A stretch of 64,000 nt of DNA from Eubacteriales bacterium (GTDB lineage: Bacteria; Bacillota; Clostridia; Oscillospirales; RGIG5299). Positions within the stretch are counted from its first letter, which is position 1. The number at the start of each line of letters is the position of its first letter. Of this stretch, positions 27,129 to 36,732 are shown in pieces. The position numbers and the translations under genes are program-made. A model generated the notes under the pieces. It had not been told where the DNA came from. It saw nothing but the letters and a program-made list of their open reading frames with translations, and searched no databases. Location of the stretch: positions 3,168-67,167 of the forward strand of contig JAZNEJ010000012.1 in NCBI GenBank assembly GCA_045588575.1, read 5' to 3'.

Positions 27129-28400
27129 TCAATCTATTTGACAGCCCGCTTTACCTATATCTTTTCTGTAAAAACCGTCTTTAAAAGATATTTTATCGAC
27201 GTTTGAATAGCATTTTTTAAGTGCTTCATCAAGAGTTTTTCCTTTGCAGGTTACGCCCAAAACTCTTCCGCCTGCAGTTACAATTTTTCCGTCTTTAAGA
27301 GCAGTGCCTGCGTGAAAAACGGTGCAATCGGCTTCAACGTCGTTTAAACCGAAAATTTCATAACCCTTTTCATAGTGTTTGGGGTAACCGCCGCTCGCCA
27401 TAATTACACAAGCGCAAGCGTTATCTTCCCACTCTATTTTAAGAGATGAAAGCTTTTCGTCAATTACCGCTTCAAAAATATCAACGAGGTCAGTTTTAAG
27501 TCTGGGTAAAACAACCTGTGTTTCGGGGTCGCCGAAACGGCAGTTATATTCAATTACCTTGGGGCCGTTTTCGGTTATCATAAGACCGAAATAAAGAACG
27601 CCTTTGAAGGTTCTTCCCTCTTGATTCATTGCATTAACAGTGGGAAGGAAAATTGTGTTCATACATTCTTCAGCAAGAGCATCGGTATAGAAAGGATTGG
27701 GAGAAATGGTGCCCATACCTCCGGTGTTGGGGCCTTTATCGTCATCGTATGCTCTTTTATGGTCTTTCGAGGAAACCATGGGAACAACAGTTTTGCCGTC
27801 GGTAAAGGCAAGAACGGAAACTTCAGGACCTTTAAGGCATTCTTCAATAACTATACAGTTACCGGATGCACCGAAAACCTTATCTTCCATTGCTTCTTTA
27901 ACGGCTTCTATTGCTTGTTCTTTTGTTTCTGCAACCGTTACACCTTTTCCGAGCGCGGGGCCGTCTGCTTTAACAACAATAGGTGCAGATTCGGAATTGA
28001 TGTAATCTATTGCAGATTTCGCATCTGTAAAGCTTTTATACTTTGCAGTTGGAATCCCGTATTTTTCCATGAGTTTTTTAGAAAATTCTTTACTTCCTTC
28101 GATTATTGCCGCATTTTTGCGCGGTCCAAATACTCTAAAGCCTTCGGCTTCAAGTAAATCGGTTAAACCCATTATAAGAGGGTCATCGGGAGCAACGACA
28201 ATCATATCGGGGTTTAATTTTTTAGCAAGCTCAACCGCGGCATCAAGGTCGGTTGCCTTAACGTTCGGAAAGCATTCCGCAACAAGTGAGATTCCACCGT
28301 TTCCGGGTGCGCACCAAAGCTTTTCAACTTTTTTGCTTTTTTTAAGCTGATGCGCAATGGCGTCTTCTCTTCCGCCGCTTCCATATATAAGTATATTCAT
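27129..28400 (-). CDS. purD: Phosphoribosylamine--glycine ligase
   Basis: GSGGRE, APGNGG, GPNTGGMG, EYNCRFGDPETQ, GGRVL. Confidence 0.96.
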   Translation of the reverse strand: MNILIYGSGGREDAIAHQLKKSKKVEKLWCAPGNGGISLVAECFPNVKATDLDAAVELAKKLNPDMIVVAPDDPLIMGLTDLLEAEGFRVFGPRKNAAIIEGSKEFSKKLMEKYGIPTAKYKSFTDAKSAIDYINSESAPIVVKADGPALGKGVTVAETKEQAIEAVKEAMEDKVFGASGNCIVIEECLKGPEVSVLAFTDGKTVVPMVSSKDHKRAYDDDKGPNTGGMGTISPNPFYTDALAEECMNTIFLPTVNAMNQEGRTFKGVLYFGLMITENGPKVIEYNCRFGDPETQVVLPRLKTDLVDIFEAVIDEKLSSLKIEWEDNACACVIMASGGYPKHYEKGYEIFGLNDVEADCTVFHAGTALKDGKIVTAGGRVLGVTCKGKTLDEALKKCYSNVDKISFKDGFYRKDIGKAGCQID

Positions 28401-28419
28401 TTAAAATACCTCTTAAAAA

Positions 28420-29595
28420 TTAATGGTGGAATAAACGAATGCCGGTAAATGCCATTACCATATTATATTTATTTGCAGTTTCAATAACGTTATCGTCTCT
28501 TATTGAGCCGCCGGGTTCAGCAACGTAGCAAACACCGCTTTTTCTTGCTCTTTCAATGTTATCTCCAAAGGGGAAGAAAGCATCGGATGCAACGGAAACA
28601 CCGTTAAGTGTTTTAATCCATTCTTTTTTCTCTTCGGCAGTAAGAACTTCGGGCTTTTCTTTAAAATATCTTTGCCAGTTGCCATCTGCGGTAACGTCTT
28701 CGTATTCATCGGAGATATAAATATCTATTGTCGTATCTTTATCGGGACGCTTAATCGTATCGAGGAAAGGAAGCGCCAAAACCTTGGGATGACGGCGGAG
28801 ATACCAAACGTCTGCCTTATTTCCCGCAAGACGTGTGCAGTGAATTCTCGATTGTTGACCTGCTCCTACGCCTATTGTTTGACCGTTAAGACAATAGCAA
28901 ACCGAGTTGGACTGGGTGTATTTTAAGGTTATTAAACCTAAAAGAAGGTCATTTTTAGCATCTTCGGAAAGAACCTTGTTTTCGGTTACAATATTTTTAA
29001 GCATTTCTTTATCAATTTTAAGCTCGTTTCTTCCCTGCTCAAAGGTAATTCCGAAGCAATCTTTATTTTCAATGGGAGCGGGCTTGAAATTGGGGTCTAT
29101 TTTAATAACGGTGTAGTTGCCGTTTCTTTTTGTGCGAAGAATTTCAAGTGCTTTTTCTGTGTAAGAAGGAGCTATAACACCGTCGGAAACCTCACCTTTT
29201 AAAAGGTTAGCGGTATCTTCATCGCATTCATCGGAAAGAGCTGCAAAATCTCCGTAGGAGCACATTCTGTCGGCGCCTCTTGCTCTTGCATAAGCAGTTG
29301 CAATGGGAGAAATTTCTTCTTTATCTACAAAATATATTTGTCTTTCAACGTCAGTTAAAGGCTTTGCAATTGCAGCACCCGCGGGGCTTACGTGTTTAAA
29401 AGACGCTGCGGCGGGTTTGCCGGTTGCTTCTTTAAGCTCCTTAACGAGCTGCCAGCTGTTTAATGCATCTAAAAGATTTATGTAACCTGCTCTTCCGTTT
29501 AAAACTTCAATAGGAAGCTCGCTTCCGTCTTTCATAAAAACTCTTGAAGGTTTTTGGTTGGGGTTACAACCGTATTTAAGCATAAGTTCGTTCAT
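28420..29595 (-). CDS. purH: AICAR transformylase (PurH C-terminal domain only)
   Basis: LKYGCNPNQ, SFKHVSPAG, TQSNSV, GAGQQSR, ASDAFFPF, RLFHH; no N-terminal cyclohydrolase domain. Confidence 0.88.
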   Translation of the reverse strand: MNELMLKYGCNPNQKPSRVFMKDGSELPIEVLNGRAGYINLLDALNSWQLVKELKEATGKPAAASFKHVSPAGAAIAKPLTDVERQIYFVDKEEISPIATAYARARGADRMCSYGDFAALSDECDEDTANLLKGEVSDGVIAPSYTEKALEILRTKRNGNYTVIKIDPNFKPAPIENKDCFGITFEQGRNELKIDKEMLKNIVTENKVLSEDAKNDLLLGLITLKYTQSNSVCYCLNGQTIGVGAGQQSRIHCTRLAGNKADVWYLRRHPKVLALPFLDTIKRPDKDTTIDIYISDEYEDVTADGNWQRYFKEKPEVLTAEEKKEWIKTLNGVSVASDAFFPFGDNIERARKSGVCYVAEPGGSIRDDNVIETANKYNMVMAFTGIRLFHH

Positions 29596-29607
29596 TTTTT
29601 ATCTCCC

Positions 29608-30306
29608 TTAACCAAGTTTATTAATTATTTTAGTTGTGATTTTGCCTGTTTCCATTTCGGTATATCTTACAAAAAGAGAAACCTTATTCTCTTCGTTAAG
29701 AGATTTCCAAATATCGTTAGCAAAAGCTTCCATATCGTCGGTAAGCTCGATTTTTACAGGCTCTCCGACAAAAGAAGGAATGGGATTACCATCGTCAACG
29801 TAGGTGTGGATTATATGTCCGAAGCCTGCTTCGGGTTCAGCGTAATCATAAGTGTAGCGTGCGCATTTATCGCCTACACCGTCGGAACATTTTAATATAG
29901 AAAGCTTATATTCGCCGGTTTTATCGGTTTGAATACCCGAAATTCTGGGGGTGAAGTTCGGTGCATCAGGTTCAAATTTGCGAGTTTTAAGCGCTTGATT
30001 AAAGCACTTGCCTTCTTTTATAAATTCATAAACCGTGTCGGTTTGGTCGCCGTTGGTTACAATTTGCTTACCGTCTATTTTTCTTACGGGATAGTAAATT
30101 ATAAGTGACGGGTCTTTAAGCTTTGCAGGGTCGAAAGCTTCGGTTTTCATATCGTCGCCTACCGGAACAAATATTCTGTTACGGCTGTTTTCGCTTCTTC
30201 CCATTATGAAATAAGCAGCTACCGCATATTTGCCGTTAGGAGATATTCCAAGAAGAACGCCTCTTCCGGGATAGGTTTTTGATGAAAGATATTCGTTTAT
30301 TTTCAC
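29608..30306 (-). CDS. IMP cyclohydrolase, PurO-like stand-alone
   Basis: YPGRG, YFIMGRSENSRNR, TNGDQT, FEPDAPNFTPRISG, HTY. Confidence 0.85.
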   Translation of the reverse strand: MKINEYLSSKTYPGRGVLLGISPNGKYAVAAYFIMGRSENSRNRIFVPVGDDMKTEAFDPAKLKDPSLIIYYPVRKIDGKQIVTNGDQTDTVYEFIKEGKCFNQALKTRKFEPDAPNFTPRISGIQTDKTGEYKLSILKCSDGVGDKCARYTYDYAEPEAGFGHIIHTYVDDGNPIPSFVGEPVKIELTDDMEAFANDIWKSLNEENKVSLFVRYTEMETGKITTKIINKLG

Positions 30307-30322
30307 AGTTGTTTTTTCCTTC

Positions 30323-30919
30323 CTATTCGTTGCTTAACTTATTTATAGCCTCGGGAAGTATTTTCCACTCGGCTTCTGTCATTACTCTTTTTTGAAGTGT
30401 TTCAGGGGTATCATCTTCTTTTACTTCAACTGCTTTTTGTGCAATTATCTTGCCGCCGTCGGTTATCTCGTTTACGAAATGAACCGTGGCTCCCGTAACT
30501 TTAACGCCTTTTTCAAGCGCAGCCTCGTGGACCTTAAGACCGTAAAATCCATCGCCGCAAAAAGACGGAATAAGCGAAGGGTGAACGTTTATTATTTTGT
30601 TCGGATAAGCTTTAATGAAAGCTTTATCAAGTATTACCATAAATCCTGCAAGAACAATAATATCGGGTTTCAAAGAGTCAACAAGTGAAAGAAGCACTTC
30701 GGAATATTCTTTATTTGAAGAAAACTGTTTTCGTTCAAGAATATATGCCGGAATTGATGCTTTTTCGGCTCTTTCAAGAGCTTTAACTCCGCTTTTGCTT
30801 GAAATTACGCCAACAATTTCGCCGTTTGTAATTTTACCGTCGGCTTTAGCGTCTATTATTGCCTGAAGATTTGTGCCTCCCCCGGAAACAAGAACAATTA
30901 TCCTTTTTATTTTAATCAA
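30323..30919 (-). CDS. purN: Phosphoribosylglycinamide formyltransferase
   Basis: SGGGTNLQA, LAGF, INVHPSL, GATVHFV..TDGG. Confidence 0.95.
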   Translation of the reverse strand: MIKIKRIIVLVSGGGTNLQAIIDAKADGKITNGEIVGVISSKSGVKALERAEKASIPAYILERKQFSSNKEYSEVLLSLVDSLKPDIIVLAGFMVILDKAFIKAYPNKIINVHPSLIPSFCGDGFYGLKVHEAALEKGVKVTGATVHFVNEITDGGKIIAQKAVEVKEDDTPETLQKRVMTEAEWKILPEAINKLSNE

Positions 30920-30926
30920 TCCTTTA

Positions 30927-31964
30927 TCAGCTGATGATTATTGATTCTTCTCTTTCGTCTATGTATCCGAGACGGCAAACCTTTTCGCCGGAAGCCTCCA
31001 AGCTCTTTATTGCTTTATCGGCATCTTTTTCGGAAACACAAACAACCATACCAATACCCATATTAAAGGTATTATACATATCTCTTTCGGGAATATGTCC
31101 GGTTTGTTCAAGAAGTTTAAAGATTGCGGGAACCTCGTAGCTGTTTTTAGAAACAACTGCGGTTTTTCCTTTGGGAAGCATTCTCGGTATATTTTCATAG
31201 AAACCGCCGCCGGTTACGTGCGATATACCTTTTATTTCAACCTCGTTCATGAGGTTAAGAATCGATTTTACGTAAATTCTTGTGGGCTTTATAAGTTCTT
31301 CGCCGATTGTGCTTTGAAGCTCATCGCAATAGAAGTTTACATTGTTTTCGGATATGTTGAAAACACGTCTTACAAGGGAGAAGCCGTTTGAATGAACGCC
31401 GCTCGATGCAAGGCCCAATATAACATCGCCCTTTTCGATTTTGGAGCCGTCGATAATTTTATTTTTATCTACGATACCCACCGAGAAACCTGCAAGGTCA
31501 TACTCGTTTATAGGATAAAATCCGGGCATTTCGGCAGTTTCTCCTCCTACAAGTGCGGCACCTGCCTGACAGCAACCCTCGGCTACGCCTTTAACGATTT
31601 CGGCTACTCTCTCGGGAACGTTTTTACCGAGAGCAATATAGTCAAGGAAGAAAAGAGGCTTAGCGCCCGAGCAAACGATATCGTTTACGCACATTGCAAC
31701 GCAGTCGATACCGACCGTGTCGTGCTTATTTAAGCAAAATGCAATTTTAAGTTTCGTTCCTACGCCGTCTGTTCCGGAAACTAAAATAGGTTCTTTCATT
31801 CCGGTTAAATCGGGCATAAAAAGTCCGCCGAAGCCGCCCAAACCACCCATAACGCCTGCTGTTTTAGTGCGGTTTACGTACTCTTTCATAAGTTCTACGC
31901 CTTTGTAGCCTGCGGTTACGTCAACGCCTGCTGCTTTATAGCTTTCACTGTAACTGTTTTTCAT
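30927..31964 (-). CDS. purM: AIR synthetase
   Basis: [38 protein letters not shown]. Confidence 0.96.
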   Translation of the reverse strand: MKNSYSESYKAAGVDVTAGYKGVELMKEYVNRTKTAGVMGGLGGFGGLFMPDLTGMKEPILVSGTDGVGTKLKIAFCLNKHDTVGIDCVAMCVNDIVCSGAKPLFFLDYIALGKNVPERVAEIVKGVAEGCCQAGAALVGGETAEMPGFYPINEYDLAGFSVGIVDKNKIIDGSKIEKGDVILGLASSGVHSNGFSLVRRVFNISENNVNFYCDELQSTIGEELIKPTRIYVKSILNLMNEVEIKGISHVTGGGFYENIPRMLPKGKTAVVSKNSYEVPAIFKLLEQTGHIPERDMYNTFNMGIGMVVCVSEKDADKAIKSLEASGEKVCRLGYIDEREESIIIS

Positions 31965-31980
31965 ATATATTTTCCTTTTC

Positions 31981-32688
31981 TTAGCCTAAAACTCTCTTGA
32001 GCATTTCAGCGTATGCGCCTTCAACGTTGCCCAAATCTCTTCTGAAACGGTCTTTGTCAAGCTTTTCGCCTGTTTTAGCATCCCAGAAACGACAGGTATC
32101 GGGTGAGATTTCATCGGCCAAAATTATTGTGCCGTCTGCAGTTCTTCCGAATTCAATTTTAAAGTCAATAAGGTCAACGCCTATCTCTTTGAAGTATTTT
32201 ACTAAAATTTCATTTACTTTGAAGGAATAGTCTGCAATGAGTTTAAGTTCCTCAGGGGTTACAAGTTCCATTGCATAAGCATGATATTCGTTTATCATGG
32301 GGTCGCCTAAATCGTCGTTCTTATAGCAATATTCCAAAACGGTTTTGGCAAGACGGGTTCCCTCTTCAATTCCGAGCTTCTTTGCGAGAGAGCCTGCGGC
32401 AACGTTACGTACGATTACTTCAAGCGGAACAATCTTTACTTTCTTAACGATTGTTTCTCTATCGGAAATTTGTTCTACGTAGTGAGTGGGAATGCCCTCC
32501 TTTTCGAGCATCTGCATAAAGAAGTTAGTGAGCTTATTGTTTATTATACCTTTTCCTACAATAGTTCCCTTCTTAAGTCCGTTAAAAGCAGTTGCATCGT
32601 CTTTGTAGTCTACGATAACGAGATTTTCGTCTTCGGTTGCATAGACTTTCTTTGCTTTTCCTTCATAAAGTTCCATAGTTTTTTTCAT
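31981..32688 (-). CDS. purC: SAICAR synthetase
   Basis: [47 protein letters not shown]. Confidence 0.97.
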   Translation of the reverse strand: MKKTMELYEGKAKKVYATEDENLVIVDYKDDATAFNGLKKGTIVGKGIINNKLTNFFMQMLEKEGIPTHYVEQISDRETIVKKVKIVPLEVIVRNVAAGSLAKKLGIEEGTRLAKTVLEYCYKNDDLGDPMINEYHAYAMELVTPEELKLIADYSFKVNEILVKYFKEIGVDLIDFKIEFGRTADGTIILADEISPDTCRFWDAKTGEKLDKDRFRRDLGNVEGAYAEMLKRVLG

Positions 32689-32745
32689 TTACATTTCCCC
32701 CTGTTTTATATTATAAATTATATTTTTTATCATCTTAATATCAGC

Positions 32746-33243
32746 TTAAAGCTGTTTGATTTCTTCGTTTATACGAACGTTTGCTTTGTAAACCTTTTCT
32801 GCCATTGCTTTTCTGTGTTCGATAAGTTTCGTTGTTAATTCTTCATCGTTGAGAGCAAGAATTTGAAGAGCTAAAAGAGCCGCGTTTACAGCACCGTCGA
32901 TTGCAACGGTTGCAACGGGAATGCCGGCGGGCATTTGAACCGTTGAAAGAAGTGAATCAAGTCCGTCTAAAGTTGAAGACTTCATAGGAATTCCAATTAC
33001 GGGTATAACTGTGTGAGCCGCTAATACGCCTCCCAAGTGAGCTGCTTTTCCCGCTGCGGAAATTATTATTCCGTAACCGTTTTTAACGGCATTTTTTGAA
33101 AACTCCGCCGCTTTATCGGGTGTTCTGTGTGCCGAGCAAACCATAACATCTACTTCAACACCAAAGTCTTTAAGTGTTGTAACGCATCCTTTTAATGCGG
33201 GAAAATCGCTGTCGCTTCCCATTATAAGTGCAACTTTTTTCAT
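32746..33243 (-). CDS. purE: N5-CAIR mutase
   Basis: IMGSDSD, SAHRTP, AAHLGG, STVQMPAGIPVATV. Confidence 0.96.
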   Translation of the reverse strand: MKKVALIMGSDSDFPALKGCVTTLKDFGVEVDVMVCSAHRTPDKAAEFSKNAVKNGYGIIISAAGKAAHLGGVLAAHTVIPVIGIPMKSSTLDGLDSLLSTVQMPAGIPVATVAIDGAVNAALLALQILALNDEELTTKLIEHRKAMAEKVYKANVRINEEIKQL

Positions 33244-34499
33244 TTTTTGTGCCTTCTTTCCGTTTTATTTTTATTCGTTATTGCTTTAAATAAAAAGCTT
33301 GTTACCGCTATTGCTCCCGCCATTACGCCGGCAAAGAAAACCGTATCGGTTCCTTTTGTTGCAAAGCCTGCATAATCGCCTTGTACCAAGAAAAGCATAG
33401 TTTCATAAAGCCAAATTCCCGGAACAAGAGGTATAACCGCAGGAAAGACGAATACCGTTGCGGGCATTTTAAATATTCTGGCAAAGATTTCGCCCGATAT
33501 TGCAATAAGCATCGTTCCTAAAAATCCGCCAAGCATTATTGAAAGACCAAAATAGCTGAAAATATAAAAAACATAGTATCCGAGCGCCGCAATTACAGCA
33601 GACGGAATAAGCGATTTTTTCGGAGCAGACAAAAGCATTCCGAAAAAGAAAGAAGCAAGAGAACAAAAAACGAGAGCTTTAACGGTTTCAAATAAAAAAT
33701 CTCCGTTTACTATTACATGAGAGTTTATGGTTCCGCCGAAGAAAACATAGGCTGAAAGAACTGTACCTACACCGGCAGCCAAACAAACCGCAACGAGTAA
33801 AACCTCCGCCAAGCGTGAAACGCCCGAAACCAAATCGCCGTTTATAGTGTCTCGTATCGCATTAGTCATTACAAGACCGGGCAAAAGCGGCATTATTGCA
33901 CCGATAATAACGTTTGAAACGTTAAGGTCGGGGAAAAACAAAAGAAAAATTACAGCTATAACCGAAGCAATAAAGCTTCCTACAAAATTTGAAACGAAAT
34001 GGAATATATCCATTCTTTTCAAAGTGGAAAGGAACATTTGAATTGCAACTCCGCAAAGCATTGCCGCAATAAATTCCAAAATACCGCCGCCGAAAAGCAC
34101 AGCAAAAAATCCCGAAGAAAGCGCTCCCGCAACAACATTAAGAAAATAACCGTTTTTCTTTTTATCGGCTTCTTTTTTGAGTTGTTTTTGCGCGAAGCTC
34201 TTTTCAGCTTCAAAAAGAGAAATTTCTCCGCTTATTACTTTTCTTGAAATATCGTTCGCTTCATTTAAGCGTTGAAGATTAAAGGAACGCTTCTTAACAC
34301 GGCATACCTCTGTGTAACAACGTTTTTGGTCGTCTCTTATTGAAAGAATTACACCTGTGGGAAAGGCAAGTATATCGGCATTATGCAAGCCAAAGCGTTC
34401 ACAAAGTCTTGTTATAGACTCTTCTGCTCTGTATGTTTCTCCGCCGTTTTCCAAAATTGCGATTGTTAAATATTTGCAAACCGACAGAAGACTTTCCAT
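33240..34499 (-). CDS. ThrE-family threonine/serine exporter (fused ThrE and ThrE_2 halves)
   Basis: ENGGETYRAEE, MPLLPGL..TNAIRD..GDLVSG, IPLVPG..LY. Confidence 0.85.
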   Translation of the reverse strand: MESLLSVCKYLTIAILENGGETYRAEESITRLCERFGLHNADILAFPTGVILSIRDDQKRCYTEVCRVKKRSFNLQRLNEANDISRKVISGEISLFEAEKSFAQKQLKKEADKKKNGYFLNVVAGALSSGFFAVLFGGGILEFIAAMLCGVAIQMFLSTLKRMDIFHFVSNFVGSFIASVIAVIFLLFFPDLNVSNVIIGAIMPLLPGLVMTNAIRDTINGDLVSGVSRLAEVLLVAVCLAAGVGTVLSAYVFFGGTINSHVIVNGDFLFETVKALVFCSLASFFFGMLLSAPKKSLIPSAVIAALGYYVFYIFSYFGLSIMLGGFLGTMLIAISGEIFARIFKMPATVFVFPAVIPLVPGIWLYETMLFLVQGDYAGFATKGTDTVFFAGVMAGAIAVTSFLFKAITNKNKTERRHKK

Positions 34500-34625
34500 A
34501 TTGCAATCCGTAATTACCCCTCCTTTTCAAAAAACAGCATTTTATGATATTATATAATACCATAAAATACAAAATAAATCAATATTTTATACCATTATTT
34601 TTTGCAAATTATTCAATGAGTTCTA

Positions 34626-34682
34626 TTGACAAAAAACACATTCTGTTGTAACATATTAACAAACAAACCACTATATATAGGT
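34626..34682 (+). promoter_or_regulatory. SigA promoter of the topoisomerase operon with two NrdR-box-like sites
   Basis: TTGACA(34626)-17-TAACAT(34649); ACACATTCTGTTGT(34636) and CCACTATATATAGG(34668), 32 bp apart. Confidence 0.55.
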
Positions 34683-34737
34683 TTTTAAAACGATTTTTTC
34701 TTTTTTTGAACAGATATATCCGAAGGGAAAGATTCTT

Positions 34738-36714
34738 TTGTCTAAAAAGCAGTATACCAATGAAAGCATATCGTCTTTAAAAGGCGCCGACCGCGTTAGA
34801 AAACGTCCCGCCGTTATTTTCGGTTCCGACGGCGTTGAGGGTTGCCGACATACTTTTATTGAAATTCTTTCAAACTCAATAGACGAAGCAAAAGAAGGTT
34901 ACGGTAACAAAATTATCGTTACCCGTTTCAATGACGGCTTCGTTGAGGTTACCGACTTCGGACGAGGAACTCCCGTAGACTTTAACAACAAAGAAAATCG
35001 CTATAATTGGGAGCTTATTTACTGCGAGCTTTATGCGGGCGGAAAATATTCAAATGATGGCGGAAACTATGAATATTCTCTCGGTTTGAACGGTTTGGGC
35101 CTTTGTGCCACTCAATATGCCTCCGAGCGTATGGAGGTTGAAATTTTCAGAGACGGCTTCAGATATTTCTTGGAATTTGAAAAGGGTGAAAATAAGGGCG
35201 GTCTTTTAAAAGAGCCCACCACCCACAAGCAAACCGGAACGAGAACGAAGTGGAAACCTGATATCGACGTTTTTACCGATATTAACATATCTTCCGATTT
35301 CATTGAAAACACAATTGACAAACAGGCCATTGTAAATAAAGGAATTCGTTTTGTTTTTAAAGACCAGCGCCCCAACGGTTCTTTCGAAACGAAGGAATTC
35401 TTCTATGAAAACGGCATAAGCGATTATATTAAAATTCTTGCGGGTGATTCTGCTTTTTCCGAACCCGTTTTCGTAACCGCCGAAAGACAGGGCCGCGACC
35501 GTGAAGACAAGCCCGAATATAAGGTTAAAATTGAAACGGCGTTTTGTTTTTCAAACAAATATCAAGGTCTTGAATATTTCCACAATTCAAGCTGTTTGGA
35601 GCACGGCGGAAGCCCCGAAAAAGCAGTTAAAAGCGCATTTGTTTCCGCATTTGACGCTTATATTAAGCAAATTAACAAATATAACAAAAACGAATCGAAA
35701 ATTACTTTTATAGACGTTCAGGAATGTCTCATTCTTATTTCAAACACCTATTCTACCATTACTTCTTACGAAAACCAAACGAAAAAAGCCATCACCAACG
35801 TATTTATTCAGCAGGCGATGACCGATTTTTTGAAAGAACAGCTTGAAATTTGGTTTAAAGAGCATCCCCAAGAAGCAACCCGTGTTGCCGAACAGCTTCT
35901 TGCCAATAAGCGTTCAAGAGAAAACGCCGAAAAAAGCCGTCAAATAATGAAAGTTAAGCTTACCGGCGCTATTGATATAACCAACAGAATTGAAAAATTC
36001 GTTGACTGCCGCTCGAAAGATATTTCCAAGCGTGAGCTTTACATAGTTGAGGGCGACTCGGCTTTAGGCTCGTGTAAGCAAGGCAGAGATTCGGAATTTC
36101 AGGCAATTATGCCCGTTAGAGGTAAAATTTTAAACTGTTTAAAAGCCGATTACGATAAAATTTTCAAAAGCGAAGTTATAACCAATCTTATCAAGGTTTT
36201 GGGCTGTGGCGTTGAAGTAAAGCTTAAAAATGCAAAAGATATAGGCGGCTTCGATATAAACAATTTAAGATGGAATAAAATTATAATTTGTACCGATGCC
36301 GACGTTGACGGTTATCAAATCCGCGCCCTTATTCTTACAATGATATATCGTCTGCTCCCCACTCTTATAAACGAGGGTTATATTTACATTGCCGAAACTC
36401 CGCTTTACGAAATTGCTTATAAAGGCGAATCTTATTTTGCTTATGACGAGCAGGAAAAACAGCGCATTTTGGAAATGTTGGGCGACGTTAAGGTTTCGAT
36501 TTCACGTTCAAAAGGTTTGGGTGAAAACGAGCCCGATATGATGTGGCTTACAACAATGAATCCGAAAACGCGCCGTTTAACCAAAATTTTACCCGAAGAC
36601 GTTACCGAAACCGAAGAAATTTTTAATATTTTGCTCGGTGATAATTTGGAAGGCAGAAAAGATTATATTGCCGCTTTCGGCAGCGATTATCTCGATGATT
36701 TAGATTTATCTTAA
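34738..36714 (+). CDS. parE: Type IIA topoisomerase subunit B (ParE/GyrB-like, non-origin copy)
   Basis: VRKRP, EILSNSIDEA, D.GRG.P, GLNGLG, VEGDSA, PVRGK, TDADVDG, KGLGE. Confidence 0.8.
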   Translation: MSKKQYTNESISSLKGADRVRKRPAVIFGSDGVEGCRHTFIEILSNSIDEAKEGYGNKIIVTRFNDGFVEVTDFGRGTPVDFNNKENRYNWELIYCELYAGGKYSNDGGNYEYSLGLNGLGLCATQYASERMEVEIFRDGFRYFLEFEKGENKGGLLKEPTTHKQTGTRTKWKPDIDVFTDINISSDFIENTIDKQAIVNKGIRFVFKDQRPNGSFETKEFFYENGISDYIKILAGDSAFSEPVFVTAERQGRDREDKPEYKVKIETAFCFSNKYQGLEYFHNSSCLEHGGSPEKAVKSAFVSAFDAYIKQINKYNKNESKITFIDVQECLILISNTYSTITSYENQTKKAITNVFIQQAMTDFLKEQLEIWFKEHPQEATRVAEQLLANKRSRENAEKSRQIMKVKLTGAIDITNRIEKFVDCRSKDISKRELYIVEGDSALGSCKQGRDSEFQAIMPVRGKILNCLKADYDKIFKSEVITNLIKVLGCGVEVKLKNAKDIGGFDINNLRWNKIIICTDADVDGYQIRALILTMIYRLLPTLINEGYIYIAETPLYEIAYKGESYFAYDEQEKQRILEMLGDVKVSISRSKGLGENEPDMMWLTTMNPKTRRLTKILPEDVTETEEIFNILLGDNLEGRKDYIAAFGSDYLDDLDLS

Positions 36715-36732
36715 CGAAGGGAGAGAGCTTAA

